Part shown: positions 22,021 to 33,764 of the stretch, in pieces
Layout of the letters: each line of letters opens with the position of its first letter
Numbering within the stretch: the first letter of the stretch is position 1
Assembly: GCA_963782055.1 (NCBI GenBank)
Contig: CAWAIF010000003.1
Location: 384,001-448,000 of the forward strand
Source: an uncultured delta proteobacterium
Lineage (GTDB): Bacteria; Myxococcota_A; Polyangia; Polyangiales; Polyangiaceae
DNA: 64,000 nucleotides
Direction: 5' to 3'
Program-made: the position numbers and the translations under genes
Notes under the pieces: generated by a model
Told to the model about the DNA's origin: nothing
The model's database searches: none
Seen by the model: the letters and a program-made list of their open reading frames with translations, nothing else

Positions 22021-25000
22021 GTGAACGTCAACGCCGCCTTCGGTCGGTACCGGCTGCTGGAGCGCCTCGGCCAGGGGGGCATGGCGGAGGTCTTCAAGGC
22101 GAAGAGCTATGGCGTGGAGGGCTTCGAGAAGGTCCTCGTCATCAAGCGCATCCTGCCCGAGCTGGCGCGCAGCCAGGACTTCGTGGACATGTTCATCCAC
22201 GAGGCGAAGCTCGCCGTCCGCCTCTCGCACGCCAACATCGTGCAGGTGTTCGACCTGGGCATCGCGCCGGTCACCGACCCGAAGGGCAACAAGCTCCCCG
22301 ACGCCTACTTCATGGCGATGGAGTACGTGCACGGGCTGGACCTCGCCACGCTCCTCGCGCGGTGCCGCCGCCAGCAGGCCCCCGCGCCGATCGCCATGGC
22401 CGTCTACGTCTGCGCGGAGGTCGCCAAGGGGCTCGACCACGCACACCGCCGCCGCGACGAGCAGCTCCGTCCGCTCGGGATCGTCCACCGCGATGTGTCC
22501 CCGCAGAACGTGCTCCTCTCCTTCGAGGGTGAGGTGAAGGTCACCGACTTCGGCATCGCCAAGGCGCGTGGCGTGCTCGAGCGCGAGGTGGAGGACACCC
22601 GCACCCGTCAGCTCCACGGCAAGTTCGGGTACATGAGCCCGGAGCAGGCGCGCGGCGAGCCGGTGGACGCCCGCAGCGACATCTTCTCCCTCGGCATCGT
22701 GCTCTACGAGTGCCTCGCCGGGGTGAACCCCTTCAGCGCGCCGACGACCTTCGAGACCCTGCGCCGGGTGCAGGCGTGCGAGTACCCGCCCGTCGAGCTG
22801 CTCCGCCCCGACGTGCCGACGGAGCTGGTCAACGTCCTCAAGACGGCGCTGGCCAAGGAGACGAAGGACCGCTACGCCGACGCCGGTCGCCTCTACGAGG
22901 CCATGCTCGCCTTCCTCTACGGCCACGGCAGCCGCTACGGCGCGCACGACCTGAGCGAGTTCTTGAGCGGCTTCGCGCAGGGGGAGGAGGCGCACGGCTC
23001 CAGCGCGCCCTCGCTGGGCGACCCGATGCTCGAGAGCGAGGCGGCGAGCTCTCACGTCAACGAGCGCACCCCCGTGGAGGTGCCGCCCTCGCGCTCGCTC
23101 TCCTCCGGGAACATCTCGCGCGTGGACACCGGCGTGCGCTTCGTCGCGCTGGACCGCGCCGCCGGCGTCGGCGAGCGGCGGGAGGTCACCGCGCTGGTCA
23201 TCGAGTTCCCGCGCGGGGCGGACGCCTCGCTGGTGGACACGGCCGCGCAGATCGTGGAGCGCTACGGCGGGCGCGTGCACCGGAAGGAAGCCGACCAGCT
23301 CGCCGCCCTCTTCGGCCTGGGGGACCCGGACGGCCGCGACACCGAGGTGGCCACCCGCTGCGGTCTGGTCACCCTCCGTTCCATCGGTGGCTCCACCCGG
23401 CCGAGCGCGGGCCTGCACACCGGCCGCATCCACGTCACCGCGGAGGGCGAGCCCACCGAGGACGAGCGCCTGAGCGGGCTGGTCGCGTCGGCGCGCGAGC
23501 TGGCCCGCGCGCGGGAGGGCCGCCTCGCCATCTCCGGCGCGGCGATGCGTCAGGTGAAGGGCCTCTTCGTGTTCGAGGCGCTCGCCACCGGCGACCAGAC
23601 GCCGGTGATGGTGTCCGGCTCGCTGGTCAAGGACGTGCGCGGCCACGCGGAGACGTTCGGCCGCTTCGTCGGCCGCAAGGAGGAGCTGCGCAAGATCGGC
23701 GAGGTGCTCGCCGCCGCCACGCGCCGCAGCGCCCGTGCGCTCACGGTGCGCGGCGGCCACGGCGTCGGCAAGACGCGCCTGCTGGTGGAGGTGGAGCGGC
23801 GCCTGGGCAAGGGCAACTACAACGTGGGCTGGTACATCGCCACCTGCCCCCCGCGCGGCCGCGAGTACCCGCTCTCCGGGATCGTGTGCATGCTGCAGGT
23901 CCTCTGCGGCATCAACGAGGGCGACCCTCCGGACCGCGTGCTCGCCGTGCAGCCGCGCCTGCGCGCCCTGGGCCTGCACGACGAGGAGGTCGGCGCCATC
24001 ATGACCGCCCTCGGCGCCAACGTCCCCACCTACTCTTCGGCGAACGCGAAGACGGCCCTGCGCGGCGCCTTCACGCGCATGGTGGCGAGCCTCTGCGAGG
24101 ACAAGCCGCACACCTTCGCGTGGGACAACGCCCACAACATGGACGAGGACAGCTTCTCCATCCTGGAGGCCGCGTTCGAGCGACTCTCGCACGCGCGCGT
24201 CGTCTTCGCCTTCACCGCGCGGGAGGGCTTCTCCCACCCGGTCCAGCGCTCTCCGCACCACGTCTCCATCGACCTCACCGACCTGAAGACCGAGGACATC
24301 AGCCGCCTGGTCGCGCTGCGCCTCGGGACCGAGTCCGCGCCGGAGGATCTCGTCCGCTTCGTGCGCGAGCGTACGGGCGGGCACCCGCAGTTCATCGAGG
24401 AGGTCATCAAGGCCTTGCTCGACGCCGGGGCGGTGACGATTGCCGACGGCCGCGTCGTCTCGATGCGCCTGCTCGGGCAGGAGCTGGCGCTCCCGAAGAC
24501 CCTGCGCGGCCTGGTGGCCTCCCGCGTCGCGCGCCTCTCCGCGGAGGACCGCGCCACCTTGCAGGCGGCCGCGGTGCTGGGCGATCCGGTCGACTCCGGC
24601 GTGCTCTCGCGCATGCTGGAGCAGCCCCTCGCCGCGCTGGAGCGCTCGCTGTCCACCCTCAAGTCCAGCGAGTTCTTGCTGCACACCGGCCCCTCCGAGC
24701 TGCGCTTCACCTCCCCCATGGTGCGGGAGGTGGTGGTCGACGCCCTGCCGCAGGACGCCGCGCGCGAGATGCACGCGGCCGCCGGCAGCGCTCTCGAGCA
24801 GGAGGAGGGGGACCGCGCCTGGGAGCAGGCCGCGCGCATCGCCATGCACTTCTACGAATCGGGCGACCGCGAGCGCGCGGCCACCTACTTCGCCAGGAGC
24901 GGCGAGCGTCGCGTGGAGGCGCGGCAGCTCGAGGCGGCCGTGCGCGACTACGCGCGCGCCATCGAGCTGTGCAACACCTCCGCGCGCGAACCGGCGGAGC

Positions 25001-25995
25001 TCGCCGACTGGCTGGACGGCCTCGCCGCGGCGGTGCGCATGGTCCGCGCCGCGCCGGAGGCGAGCGAGACGTGCGAGCGCGTCATCGCGCGGATGGACAC
25101 GACGAGCGACGTCGCGCTGCGCGTGCGGTCTCGCGTCGCCGCCACGCGCATCCTGGTGGCGCTCCACAAGTTCGACGCCGCGGTGCCCTACCTGGCCGAG
25201 GCCGAGCGCATCGCCGCCGGGAACGACCCGCTCATGAAGACCGTGCTCGTCGCCTCCGCCGAGCTCGCCGGCCGCCGCGGGGACTTCAACAGCTCGCTGC
25301 AGCTGCTCACCCGCATGCAGAAGCTGGCCACGGTCGAGGGCGACAAGCAGGAGGAGCACAAGATCCTCACCAACCTGACGCAGGCCCACGCCGCGCTGGG
25401 GGATCGCAACGCCGCCACCCAGACCCTCGCCCGCGCCGAGGCCCTGCTGCCGAACGACGCGGCCGCCGCGTGCGAGCGGCAGAAGCTGCGCGGCCTGATG
25501 TACTACTTCCTGCGCGACTACCCGCTCGCCGCGCTGGAGATCGAGAAGGCGGTCGACGTGGCGCGCTCCCTCGGCCTCACCTACGAGATCGCCGTCAACC
25601 TCCACAACCTGGGGGACGTGCTCATCCGCCTCGAGGACTACGCGCGCGCGTACGGCGCGTTGCAGCAGTCGGTGGCGCTCTGCGAGGAGTACGGCTTCGA
25701 CCGGCTCTCCAGCCACAACCGGATGCTGCTGGCGTACCTGGCTGGCTACAAGGGCGATGGCGAGGCGCAGGACCAGCTCGCCGCCGGCATCCGGTACGCG
25801 CAGGCGAACGAGTACATGTGGGACGTCATCAGCGGTCGCTTCCTCAAGGCGAAGCTCCTGCTCCACCAGGGCAAGCGCGACGAGGCCTTCAAGGACTTCA
25901 CCGAGCTGCGGGAGCTGGCGCGGGTGAACGGCCACCGGATGATCGTGGACGACTGCGAAGCCGTCCTCGCGGCGTCCACACCCGCTTCTTCCTGA
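22021..25995 (+). CDS. Ser/Thr protein kinase fused to degenerate cyclase-like, AAA/STAND ATPase and TPR domains
   Basis: LGQGGMAEV, IKRIL, HRDVSPQN, DFG, YMSPE; RFVGRKEEL, Walker A GGHGVGKT, WDNAHNMD, GGHPQF; TPR-like C-terminus. Confidence 0.92.
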   Translation: MNVNAAFGRYRLLERLGQGGMAEVFKAKSYGVEGFEKVLVIKRILPELARSQDFVDMFIHEAKLAVRLSHANIVQVFDLGIAPVTDPKGNKLPDAYFMAMEYVHGLDLATLLARCRRQQAPAPIAMAVYVCAEVAKGLDHAHRRRDEQLRPLGIVHRDVSPQNVLLSFEGEVKVTDFGIAKARGVLEREVEDTRTRQLHGKFGYMSPEQARGEPVDARSDIFSLGIVLYECLAGVNPFSAPTTFETLRRVQACEYPPVELLRPDVPTELVNVLKTALAKETKDRYADAGRLYEAMLAFLYGHGSRYGAHDLSEFLSGFAQGEEAHGSSAPSLGDPMLESEAASSHVNERTPVEVPPSRSLSSGNISRVDTGVRFVALDRAAGVGERREVTALVIEFPRGADASLVDTAAQIVERYGGRVHRKEADQLAALFGLGDPDGRDTEVATRCGLVTLRSIGGSTRPSAGLHTGRIHVTAEGEPTEDERLSGLVASARELARAREGRLAISGAAMRQVKGLFVFEALATGDQTPVMVSGSLVKDVRGHAETFGRFVGRKEELRKIGEVLAAATRRSARALTVRGGHGVGKTRLLVEVERRLGKGNYNVGWYIATCPPRGREYPLSGIVCMLQVLCGINEGDPPDRVLAVQPRLRALGLHDEEVGAIMTALGANVPTYSSANAKTALRGAFTRMVASLCEDKPHTFAWDNAHNMDEDSFSILEAAFERLSHARVVFAFTAREGFSHPVQRSPHHVSIDLTDLKTEDISRLVALRLGTESAPEDLVRFVRERTGGHPQFIEEVIKALLDAGAVTIADGRVVSMRLLGQELALPKTLRGLVASRVARLSAEDRATLQAAAVLGDPVDSGVLSRMLEQPLAALERSLSTLKSSEFLLHTGPSELRFTSPMVREVVVDALPQDAAREMHAAAGSALEQEEGDRAWEQAARIAMHFYESGDRERAATYFARSGERRVEARQLEAAVRDYARAIELCNTSAREPAELADWLDGLAAAVRMVRAAPEASETCERVIARMDTTSDVALRVRSRVAATRILVALHKFDAAVPYLAEAERIAAGNDPLMKTVLVASAELAGRRGDFNSSLQLLTRMQKLATVEGDKQEEHKILTNLTQAHAALGDRNAATQTLARAEALLPNDAAAACERQKLRGLMYYFLRDYPLAALEIEKAVDVARSLGLTYEIAVNLHNLGDVLIRLEDYARAYGALQQSVALCEEYGFDRLSSHNRMLLAYLAGYKGDGEAQDQLAAGIRYAQANEYMWDVISGRFLKAKLLLHQGKRDEAFKDFTELRELARVNGHRMIVDDCEAVLAASTPASS

Positions 25996-26146
25996 CGTTG
26001 GCGGGGCGGGATGCCCGGCAGCCAGACCGATGTCCGGCGTTGCGTCCGATCGTCGGCATGCTAGCGATCTGCGTCGGCGCGCGCAGCTCACGGGCACGGG
26101 TGCGGGATGGAGGAATGGACCGGTGCATGCTTCCGTATCAAAGGAC

Positions 26147-27571
26147 ATGGGCCCGCGGCGTCTCTTCCGGTGGCTTCTGGCCGTGGCGCTGCCGCTCGCG
26201 TGCGGGTGCGAGGCGCCCATCCTCGCCAACGACGGGACGGTCGTCTTTCCTGAGACCGGCGCGCACGGCGCCAACGTCCTGACCGCCAACGGCGTGGAGT
26301 TCCACGACCGCCGGGATGTCCCCAAGCGGCTGATCCACCGCACCGTCGACGAACCGTGGCGCGCGCCTGTCGGGTTCATCCTGCCCCGGGACGGCCGCTT
26401 CACGCAGACCAGTCGCCCCACCGTGGTGGGGACGCCCGGCCTGGCCTTCGCGCTGCGGCCCAGCGACTCGCGTGTGCCTTCCTGGGGCGGCGAGGTGCTG
26501 GTGCGTGTCGACATCCTCGCCCCGGCGGCGCGCGGCATGTCGCGCCCCGCGGAGAACCTGGCCATCGTCCTGGACGGCTCCGGTCCGGACGCGATGACCT
26601 TGCTGGACGACGCCATCGCTCACCTGGGCGCGAGCGATCGGTTGATGGTCGTGGACTCGCGGGGGCCGAAGCTCGTCGTCCCTCTCATCCCGGCGAACCA
26701 TCGCTCCCTCGCCGAGGCCGCCGCCGAGAAGCGCCTGGGTGACGACACCCCGCGCGAGCCTCGTGATCTCGGCGGCGCGATGCGCATCGCCCGCAACATC
26801 ATCGGCATCGGCCCCCAGCGCCGCGTGGTGGTGCTGACCGATGGCGCGGTGGAGCCGGGCCCGGTGGCGGTGGTCCTGGCGCAGCGAATGGGCGCGGGTC
26901 ACGTCCCGGTGAGCGTGATCGCCACCCGCGCCGGCGCCGACCCGGCGCGCCTGGGCAGCCTGGTGGCGGGGGAGGGGACGCTGGCGTACGGCGACGACCC
27001 GGGCGGCCGGGAGATCGCCATGAACGAGGCCGTACCCCCCGCGGGGGCGACGGTCTTCAAGAACGTCGTGCTCACCTTCCGCGGCGACCCGGCGCCGTCG
27101 CACGTGCTGGAGACCTCCGGCGGGTCGGTGCGCTGGCGGCTGGACGCCGGCGAGCTGGTGCTCGGCGACGTCATCGCCGGCGAGGCTCGCACCGAGGTCG
27201 TGCGCGTGACCGTGCCGCCCTACGTGTCCGGTGAGCCCTTCACCTTCGAGGTCACCGCCCACGCGACCGACGCGCAGACGGGCCAGCCGCGCACCTTCGG
27301 CACCGAGCTTCACTGCGTCTACGACGACGACATCGAGCGCATCGCGGAGTCGCGCTACGGCGACGTCATCGCGTACGCCTCCGCGCTCGCCACCCTCAAG
27401 CGCCTGGACGCGGCGTTCGTGGGAGAGGGCGTGGCGCAAGCGGGTGGCATCTACGCCCTCGCCCGCCTGCACGCCCAGTCGATGGCCCTGCTCGCGCGCG
27501 ACACCCACGACCGCGCCATCACCGAGCAGGCGGAGGTCCTCAACGCGCTGCTCGCCGTCGAGCACGACTGA
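26147..27571 (+). CDS. vWA-domain-like lipoprotein
   Basis: Lipobox LACGC; NLAIVLDGSG and VVVLTDG. Confidence 0.7.
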   Translation: MGPRRLFRWLLAVALPLACGCEAPILANDGTVVFPETGAHGANVLTANGVEFHDRRDVPKRLIHRTVDEPWRAPVGFILPRDGRFTQTSRPTVVGTPGLAFALRPSDSRVPSWGGEVLVRVDILAPAARGMSRPAENLAIVLDGSGPDAMTLLDDAIAHLGASDRLMVVDSRGPKLVVPLIPANHRSLAEAAAEKRLGDDTPREPRDLGGAMRIARNIIGIGPQRRVVVLTDGAVEPGPVAVVLAQRMGAGHVPVSVIATRAGADPARLGSLVAGEGTLAYGDDPGGREIAMNEAVPPAGATVFKNVVLTFRGDPAPSHVLETSGGSVRWRLDAGELVLGDVIAGEARTEVVRVTVPPYVSGEPFTFEVTAHATDAQTGQPRTFGTELHCVYDDDIERIAESRYGDVIAYASALATLKRLDAAFVGEGVAQAGGIYALARLHAQSMALLARDTHDRAITEQAEVLNALLAVEHD

Positions 27572-27603
27572 GCGACGCCCTCCTCTCTTCTCCGCTCTCG
27601 AGG

Positions 27604-28431
27604 CTACGCCAGGCCGATGCTCTCCACCTCGCCGCCGCGCACGTCGTAGAGACGCACGCGCGGGCTCGCCTCGTCGTCCACCACCGCCGGCGCCCCGAAG
27701 ATGCGCGCGCGGCCGTGGCCACGCGACGACGCGGCGCGGACGGAGAGGTCGACGATGCGGTCGACGGCGCGGTGCAGATGCCCGTGGAACATGTGCACGT
27801 TGGGGTGGCGGAGCATCATGGCGAACACGCGCGCGTAGCCGATGAGGCCGTCCACCCATTGCCACACCGCGCCGCGGTCGTACGGGGGGTGGTGCTGCAC
27901 GATGAGCACCGGCTTGCGGCCGAGCGCCGGGTCGGCGAGGCGCCGCTCCAGCGCGGTCGCGGTGTCGTCGCGCAGCTCGCCGGCGGACCGGGCGATGCTC
28001 TGGTAGCGGGTGACGTCGACGGGCAGCACGTAGGCGTCGCCCAGGTCGAGCACCCGCCCGGCGCCCTGCGCGGCGTGGCTCGCGAAGGGGCGCAGCGGGC
28101 CGGCGAGGGCGCGGCTCCAGCCGTCCACGGCGGTGTAGGCGTCGTGGTTGCCGGGGACCAGCGTGACCTCGCCAGGGCGGAGCCCCGCGTCGTGCAGGCC
28201 GCCGGCGAACGCCTCGAACTGCGCGGGCGTGCCGACCTCGGTCAGGTCGCCGGACATGACGAAGTGGGTGGCGCCGGCGCGGCGGCCGGTGGCGACCGCG
28301 CGCTGGAGCTTGCGGACGCGATCCTGCGCGTCGAGCGGGCGGCCGAAGCTGACGAAGCGGGTGTCGAAGCCGAAGCTGCGGCTCGGCTCCAGGATGTGGA
28401 TGTCGGAGATGTGTGCGATTCGCGTGCTCAT
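27604..28431 (-). CDS. metallophosphoesterase (Icc/CpdA-like)
   Basis: SDIH, SGDLT, PGNHD, HHPP, HGHLH. Confidence 0.9.
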   Translation of the reverse strand: MSTRIAHISDIHILEPSRSFGFDTRFVSFGRPLDAQDRVRKLQRAVATGRRAGATHFVMSGDLTEVGTPAQFEAFAGGLHDAGLRPGEVTLVPGNHDAYTAVDGWSRALAGPLRPFASHAAQGAGRVLDLGDAYVLPVDVTRYQSIARSAGELRDDTATALERRLADPALGRKPVLIVQHHPPYDRGAVWQWVDGLIGYARVFAMMLRHPNVHMFHGHLHRAVDRIVDLSVRAASSRGHGRARIFGAPAVVDDEASPRVRLYDVRGGEVESIGLA

Positions 28432-28692
28432 GGCATCCTCACCGGACGGGTGTCGCGTGCCCGGGGGCACGCGGATGCGCGCGGCGCCGAGGCGCGCCAC
28501 CCCCGCGTGGCAGAAGTCAGGTCCCTGCCCCGGTACCCTGCGGTCCGGGGGGAGGCGCCTCGGTGCCCGAGCACGACCTGCGCGCTCGGCTGGCCCTCAT
28601 TGTAGCACCCGGCATGTCGCCCGGTGGTCGCCTCTGCAACGTTCCGGAAAACTTGCAGACTACAAGCGAAGCGAGGGGCGCCGGTCGGCCTC

Positions 28693-30140
<1,448 letters not shown>

Positions 30141-30144
<4 letters not shown>

Positions 30145-31037
30145 GCCGACAGCAGCCTCCTGCCCATCGCCTCCCCCGCGTCGCGCGCCTCCGCCTCCGA
30201 CGCCGGCCACGGCGCGCGCGTCTCGTCGCGGCGGAGGCGCGAGCCGTCCGGGTCGGTCACGAAGGCGCGCAGCACCATCGTCTCGCCGTCGCGCCACGCG
30301 TGGGCGCCCAGCGGCGTCTTGCAGTCGCCGCCCAGCGCCCCGAGCACGCCTCGCTCGGCCGCCACGCGCGCCGCGGTCTCGGGGTCGTGCATCGTGGCGA
30401 GGAGGCGGGCCACGTCGGCGTCCGCCGCGCGCGCCTCGATGCCCAGCGCCCCCTGGCCCACCGCGGGCAGGGAGACGTCCACCGCCAGCACCTCCGTCGC
30501 CCGCGCCTCCAGCCCCAGTCGGACGAGGCCCGCTCGCGCCAGCACGATGGCGTCCGCCTCCCCGGCGTCCACCTTGCGCAGCCGCGTGTCCACGTTGCCC
30601 CGCAGCGGGATCACCTGCAGGTCCGGGCGGGCGAGGTGGAGCGCCGCCGCGCGTCGCAGGCTGCTCGTCCCGACGCGCGCCCCGCGGGGAAGCGCGGCGA
30701 GGGTGCCGTGCCGCGGGGCGACCAGCACGTCCCGCGGATCCTCCCGTGCGGGCACGCACACCAGCGCGAGCCCCTCCGGCAGCGCCGCGGGCACGTCCTT
30801 GATGGAGTGCACGGCGAAGTCCGCCTCCCGCGCGAGCAGCGCCTCCTCGATCTCCTTCACGAAGAGGCCCTTGCCGCCGATGTCGGCGAGCGGCCGGTCC
30901 TGGATGCGGTCGCCGCTGGTGACGACCTGCTTCTCCTCGGTCTCCAGCTCCGGGTTTCTGGCGCGGAGCGCGGCGACGAAGGCGCGGCACTGGGCGAGGG
31001 CGAGGGCGGAGCGGCGGGTCGCGTAGACGAGTCGCAC
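30141..31037 (-). CDS. hemC: hydroxymethylbilane synthase (porphobilinogen deaminase)
   Basis: TRRSALALAQ, GKGLFVKEIE, VHSIKDVP, GTSSLRR, RGNVDTRL, GGDC. Confidence 0.97.
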
Positions 31038-31100
31038 GCCCGGAGGCTACTCGACGCAAAAACAGGGCGAAAGGAAGTTGCTCGAGCGCCTCCTGTGACT

Positions 31101-31865
31101 ATGCTCGGGGCCGTGCGTCCCGGCTCTGCTTTTCGCATCACCCTCGCCACGCTCGCCGGTGTGATGATCCTCGTCTTCTTCGGCGGTTCCGCGTGGGCCC
31201 GTGCGGCGCGCAAGGTGCCCGATCCGTCGCGCCTGCAGGTGCATGGCGCGCCGGACGCCTTCTATTACCGCCCCTTCGGCCGCGGTCTGCGGCCGGTGAT
31301 CATGTACCTCCACGGCCGCGGGGCCAACCCGGCGGAAGATTGCCGCAAGTGGGCGCACGTCGCGCGGCGCTTCGGCTGGGTGGTCTGCCCGCAGGGCCCG
31401 GAGGATCGCGGCAACGGCACCCGCGGGTGGAACAACAACGCGGCCGCCGGGGAGGTGATCGTCCAGGCCACGCTCCACGCGCTGCGCGCCAAGTTCCACC
31501 GCCGGGTCCAGCTCTACGGCAACGTCCTCGTGGGCTTCAGCGAGGGCGCCTTCGTGGCGATGCAGGTGGGCATCCACGAGCCGCACACCTGGAACCGCTG
31601 GCTCATCCTCGCCGCCAACGATCAGTACTGGTACGGCCGCGCGCCGCCACTCCTCCACCAGAACCGCCGCAAGATCCACCGGGTCTTCCTCTTCACCGGG
31701 GAGACGGACGAGGTCGCGCCAAACACCAAGAAAGTCGCGGACATCCTCCATCACGAGCATGTCCGCTGCAAGACCAAGATCGCCCCCGGGATGGGCCACG
31801 AGGTCCCCGGCGACCGCATGATCACCAACTACCGCCGCCCGCTGATGTGGCTGCTCGCCGGCTGA
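31101..31865 (+). CDS. secreted alpha/beta-hydrolase (esterase)
   Basis: LHGRG, GFSEG nucleophile elbow, GETD, GMGH. Confidence 0.8.
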   Translation: MLGAVRPGSAFRITLATLAGVMILVFFGGSAWARAARKVPDPSRLQVHGAPDAFYYRPFGRGLRPVIMYLHGRGANPAEDCRKWAHVARRFGWVVCPQGPEDRGNGTRGWNNNAAAGEVIVQATLHALRAKFHRRVQLYGNVLVGFSEGAFVAMQVGIHEPHTWNRWLILAANDQYWYGRAPPLLHQNRRKIHRVFLFTGETDEVAPNTKKVADILHHEHVRCKTKIAPGMGHEVPGDRMITNYRRPLMWLLAG

Positions 31866-31961
31866 CGGCGGCCGCGGGCCGAGGGAAGGTCATGCATTGA
31901 GCGCGAGTGGGAGGCTCGAGCGATGAATCCGGGTGCTCGGGGTGCCGTATCGTTGGGCACC

Positions 31962-33080
31962 ATGCGAGTCGTCGCCTCCGATCGTCATGACCCGTGCACC
32001 CTGCCGGGCCCCGAGCTGCTCGCCCGCGCCCGGACCCTGGTGACCGATTTCGGCCGGGCGGGGCTCCGCAAGACCTCCCTCATGCGCGCGCCCGACCTGG
32101 ACTCGCGCGCCGGCGGCAAGGTGTGGCTCGCCCTGGAGTCGCTCCAGGCAACCGGCAGCTTCAAGGTACGCGGGGCGCTGCTGGCGCTGGCGGTGCTTTC
32201 GGAGACGGGCGTCCCGAAGCGCGTGGTCGCGGCGAGCGCCGGCAACCACGGGGCGGGGGTGGCCCACGCCGCGCGCCTGCTCGGCTGGGACGCGACGGTG
32301 GTCGTCCCGAAGAACACGCCCGCCGCCAAGCGGTCGCGCGTGGAGCGCGCGGGTGCGCGACTGGTGGTGACCCAGGCCGACCACTACGACGCCGCCGAGG
32401 CGCGCGCGCGCGAGCTGGCGAAGCGCGAGGGCGCGACGTTCCTTTCTCCCTACGACAATCTCTCGGTGGCGGCGGGCAACGGGGCCTCGCTCGCCTTCGA
32501 GATCCTGGACCTGCTGGGTCAGGCCCCCGCGCGGGTGCTCGTCCCCTTCGGCGGCGGCGGCCTGGCCACCGGGATGGCGTGCGCCATCGACGACTGGCGC
32601 GCCGCGCGGGGGTTCCCGGCGGCGCGCGTGGTGTGGGGCGCCCAGAGCGAGGCGAGCCCGGCGATGGCCATGTCGCTGGAGCGAGGTGCCGCCGTGGAGA
32701 CGCTGCACACCGGCGCCGAGACGCTGGCCGACGGGCTGGAGGGGGGTATCTCCGCCGCCGCCTTCGCGCGTGCGGCGAGCGTGGTGGCCGGGGTGCTCGT
32801 CGTCAGCGAGGAGGAGATCGGCGCGGCGATGGCCGGCGCCCGCCGCTCGCTGGGCGTCGTCATCGAGGGGAGCGCCGCCGCCGCCCTGGCACCGCTGCTG
32901 GGAGACCTCCCGCCGCCGGTGCGCGTCGGCGGGCCCAGGGTGCCGCGGGCGCAGCCCCGCCCGGGCACCTCCGTCGCCCCGGACGAGGCGGGCGACGTGG
33001 TGGTCGTGCTCACCGGACGCAACGTCGACGACGCGACGATGCAGGCCGTTCTGGACGCCCACGCCGGCGAGCTGTGGTAA
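31962..33080 (+). CDS. PLP-dependent threonine/serine dehydratase family enzyme
   Basis: ESLQATGSFKVRG, SAGNHG, PFGGGGL, TLADGL, TGRN; start 31923 or 31962. Confidence 0.88.
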   Translation: MRVVASDRHDPCTLPGPELLARARTLVTDFGRAGLRKTSLMRAPDLDSRAGGKVWLALESLQATGSFKVRGALLALAVLSETGVPKRVVAASAGNHGAGVAHAARLLGWDATVVVPKNTPAAKRSRVERAGARLVVTQADHYDAAEARARELAKREGATFLSPYDNLSVAAGNGASLAFEILDLLGQAPARVLVPFGGGGLATGMACAIDDWRAARGFPAARVVWGAQSEASPAMAMSLERGAAVETLHTGAETLADGLEGGISAAAFARAASVVAGVLVVSEEEIGAAMAGARRSLGVVIEGSAAAALAPLLGDLPPPVRVGGPRVPRAQPRPGTSVAPDEAGDVVVVLTGRNVDDATMQAVLDAHAGELW

Positions 33081-33089
33081 ACGCCGCCC

Positions 33090-33722
33090 GTGGCCGCTCC
33101 CCTCTTCCTCGGCATCGCGGGCGGCTCCGGCTCCGGCAAGAGCACCATCGCGCGGGCGGTGCTCGAGGCCCTGCCCGCGGGCTCGGGCGTCCTCATCGAG
33201 CAGGACCACTACTACCGTGCGCAGGGTCACCTGCCGCCGGAGCAGCGCGAGAAGGTCAACTACGACCACCCCGACGCGCTGGAGATGGAGCTGCTCTGCC
33301 GGCACCTGGACGACCTGCGCGCGGGCAAGGCGATCGACCGCCCTTCCTACGACTTCGCGCACCACGATCGGGCCGCTGATACGGAGCGGGTGGAGCCGGC
33401 GCCCGTGGTCGTCGTCGAGGGCATCCTGGTGCTCGCCGACGAGCGCCTCCGCCGCCGGCTGGACGTGAAGATCTTCGTCGACACCGACCCGGACATCCGC
33501 GTCATTCGCCGCATCCGCCGGGACCTGGAGCACCGGGGGCGCACCTTCGCCCAGGTGCGCAAGCAGTACTACGAGACGGTGCGTCCCATGCACCTGGCCT
33601 TCGTGGAGCCCTCCAAGCGCTTCGCCGACGTCATCGTCCCGGAGGGGGGGCAAAACCAGGTCGCCATCGGCCTCATCTTGAGCCACGTGCGGGCGATTCT
33701 CCTCGAGCATCGCGCACAGTGA
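33090..33722 (+). CDS. udk: uridine kinase
   Basis: GIAGGSGSGKST, QDHYY, NYDHPDA, EGIL, RRIRRD, FVEPSKRFAD. Confidence 0.96.
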   Translation: MAAPLFLGIAGGSGSGKSTIARAVLEALPAGSGVLIEQDHYYRAQGHLPPEQREKVNYDHPDALEMELLCRHLDDLRAGKAIDRPSYDFAHHDRAADTERVEPAPVVVVEGILVLADERLRRRLDVKIFVDTDPDIRVIRRIRRDLEHRGRTFAQVRKQYYETVRPMHLAFVEPSKRFADVIVPEGGQNQVAIGLILSHVRAILLEHRAQ

Positions 33723-33764
33723 TTTGGTCATGCTATTTGTGAGGTGCTCGCGCACCCGCACAGC

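Noticed and set aside
21812..22024. 70-aa upstream ORF whose stop overlaps the kinase start
   Set aside because: Weak codon bias and no recognisable motif; more likely promoter/leader sequence.
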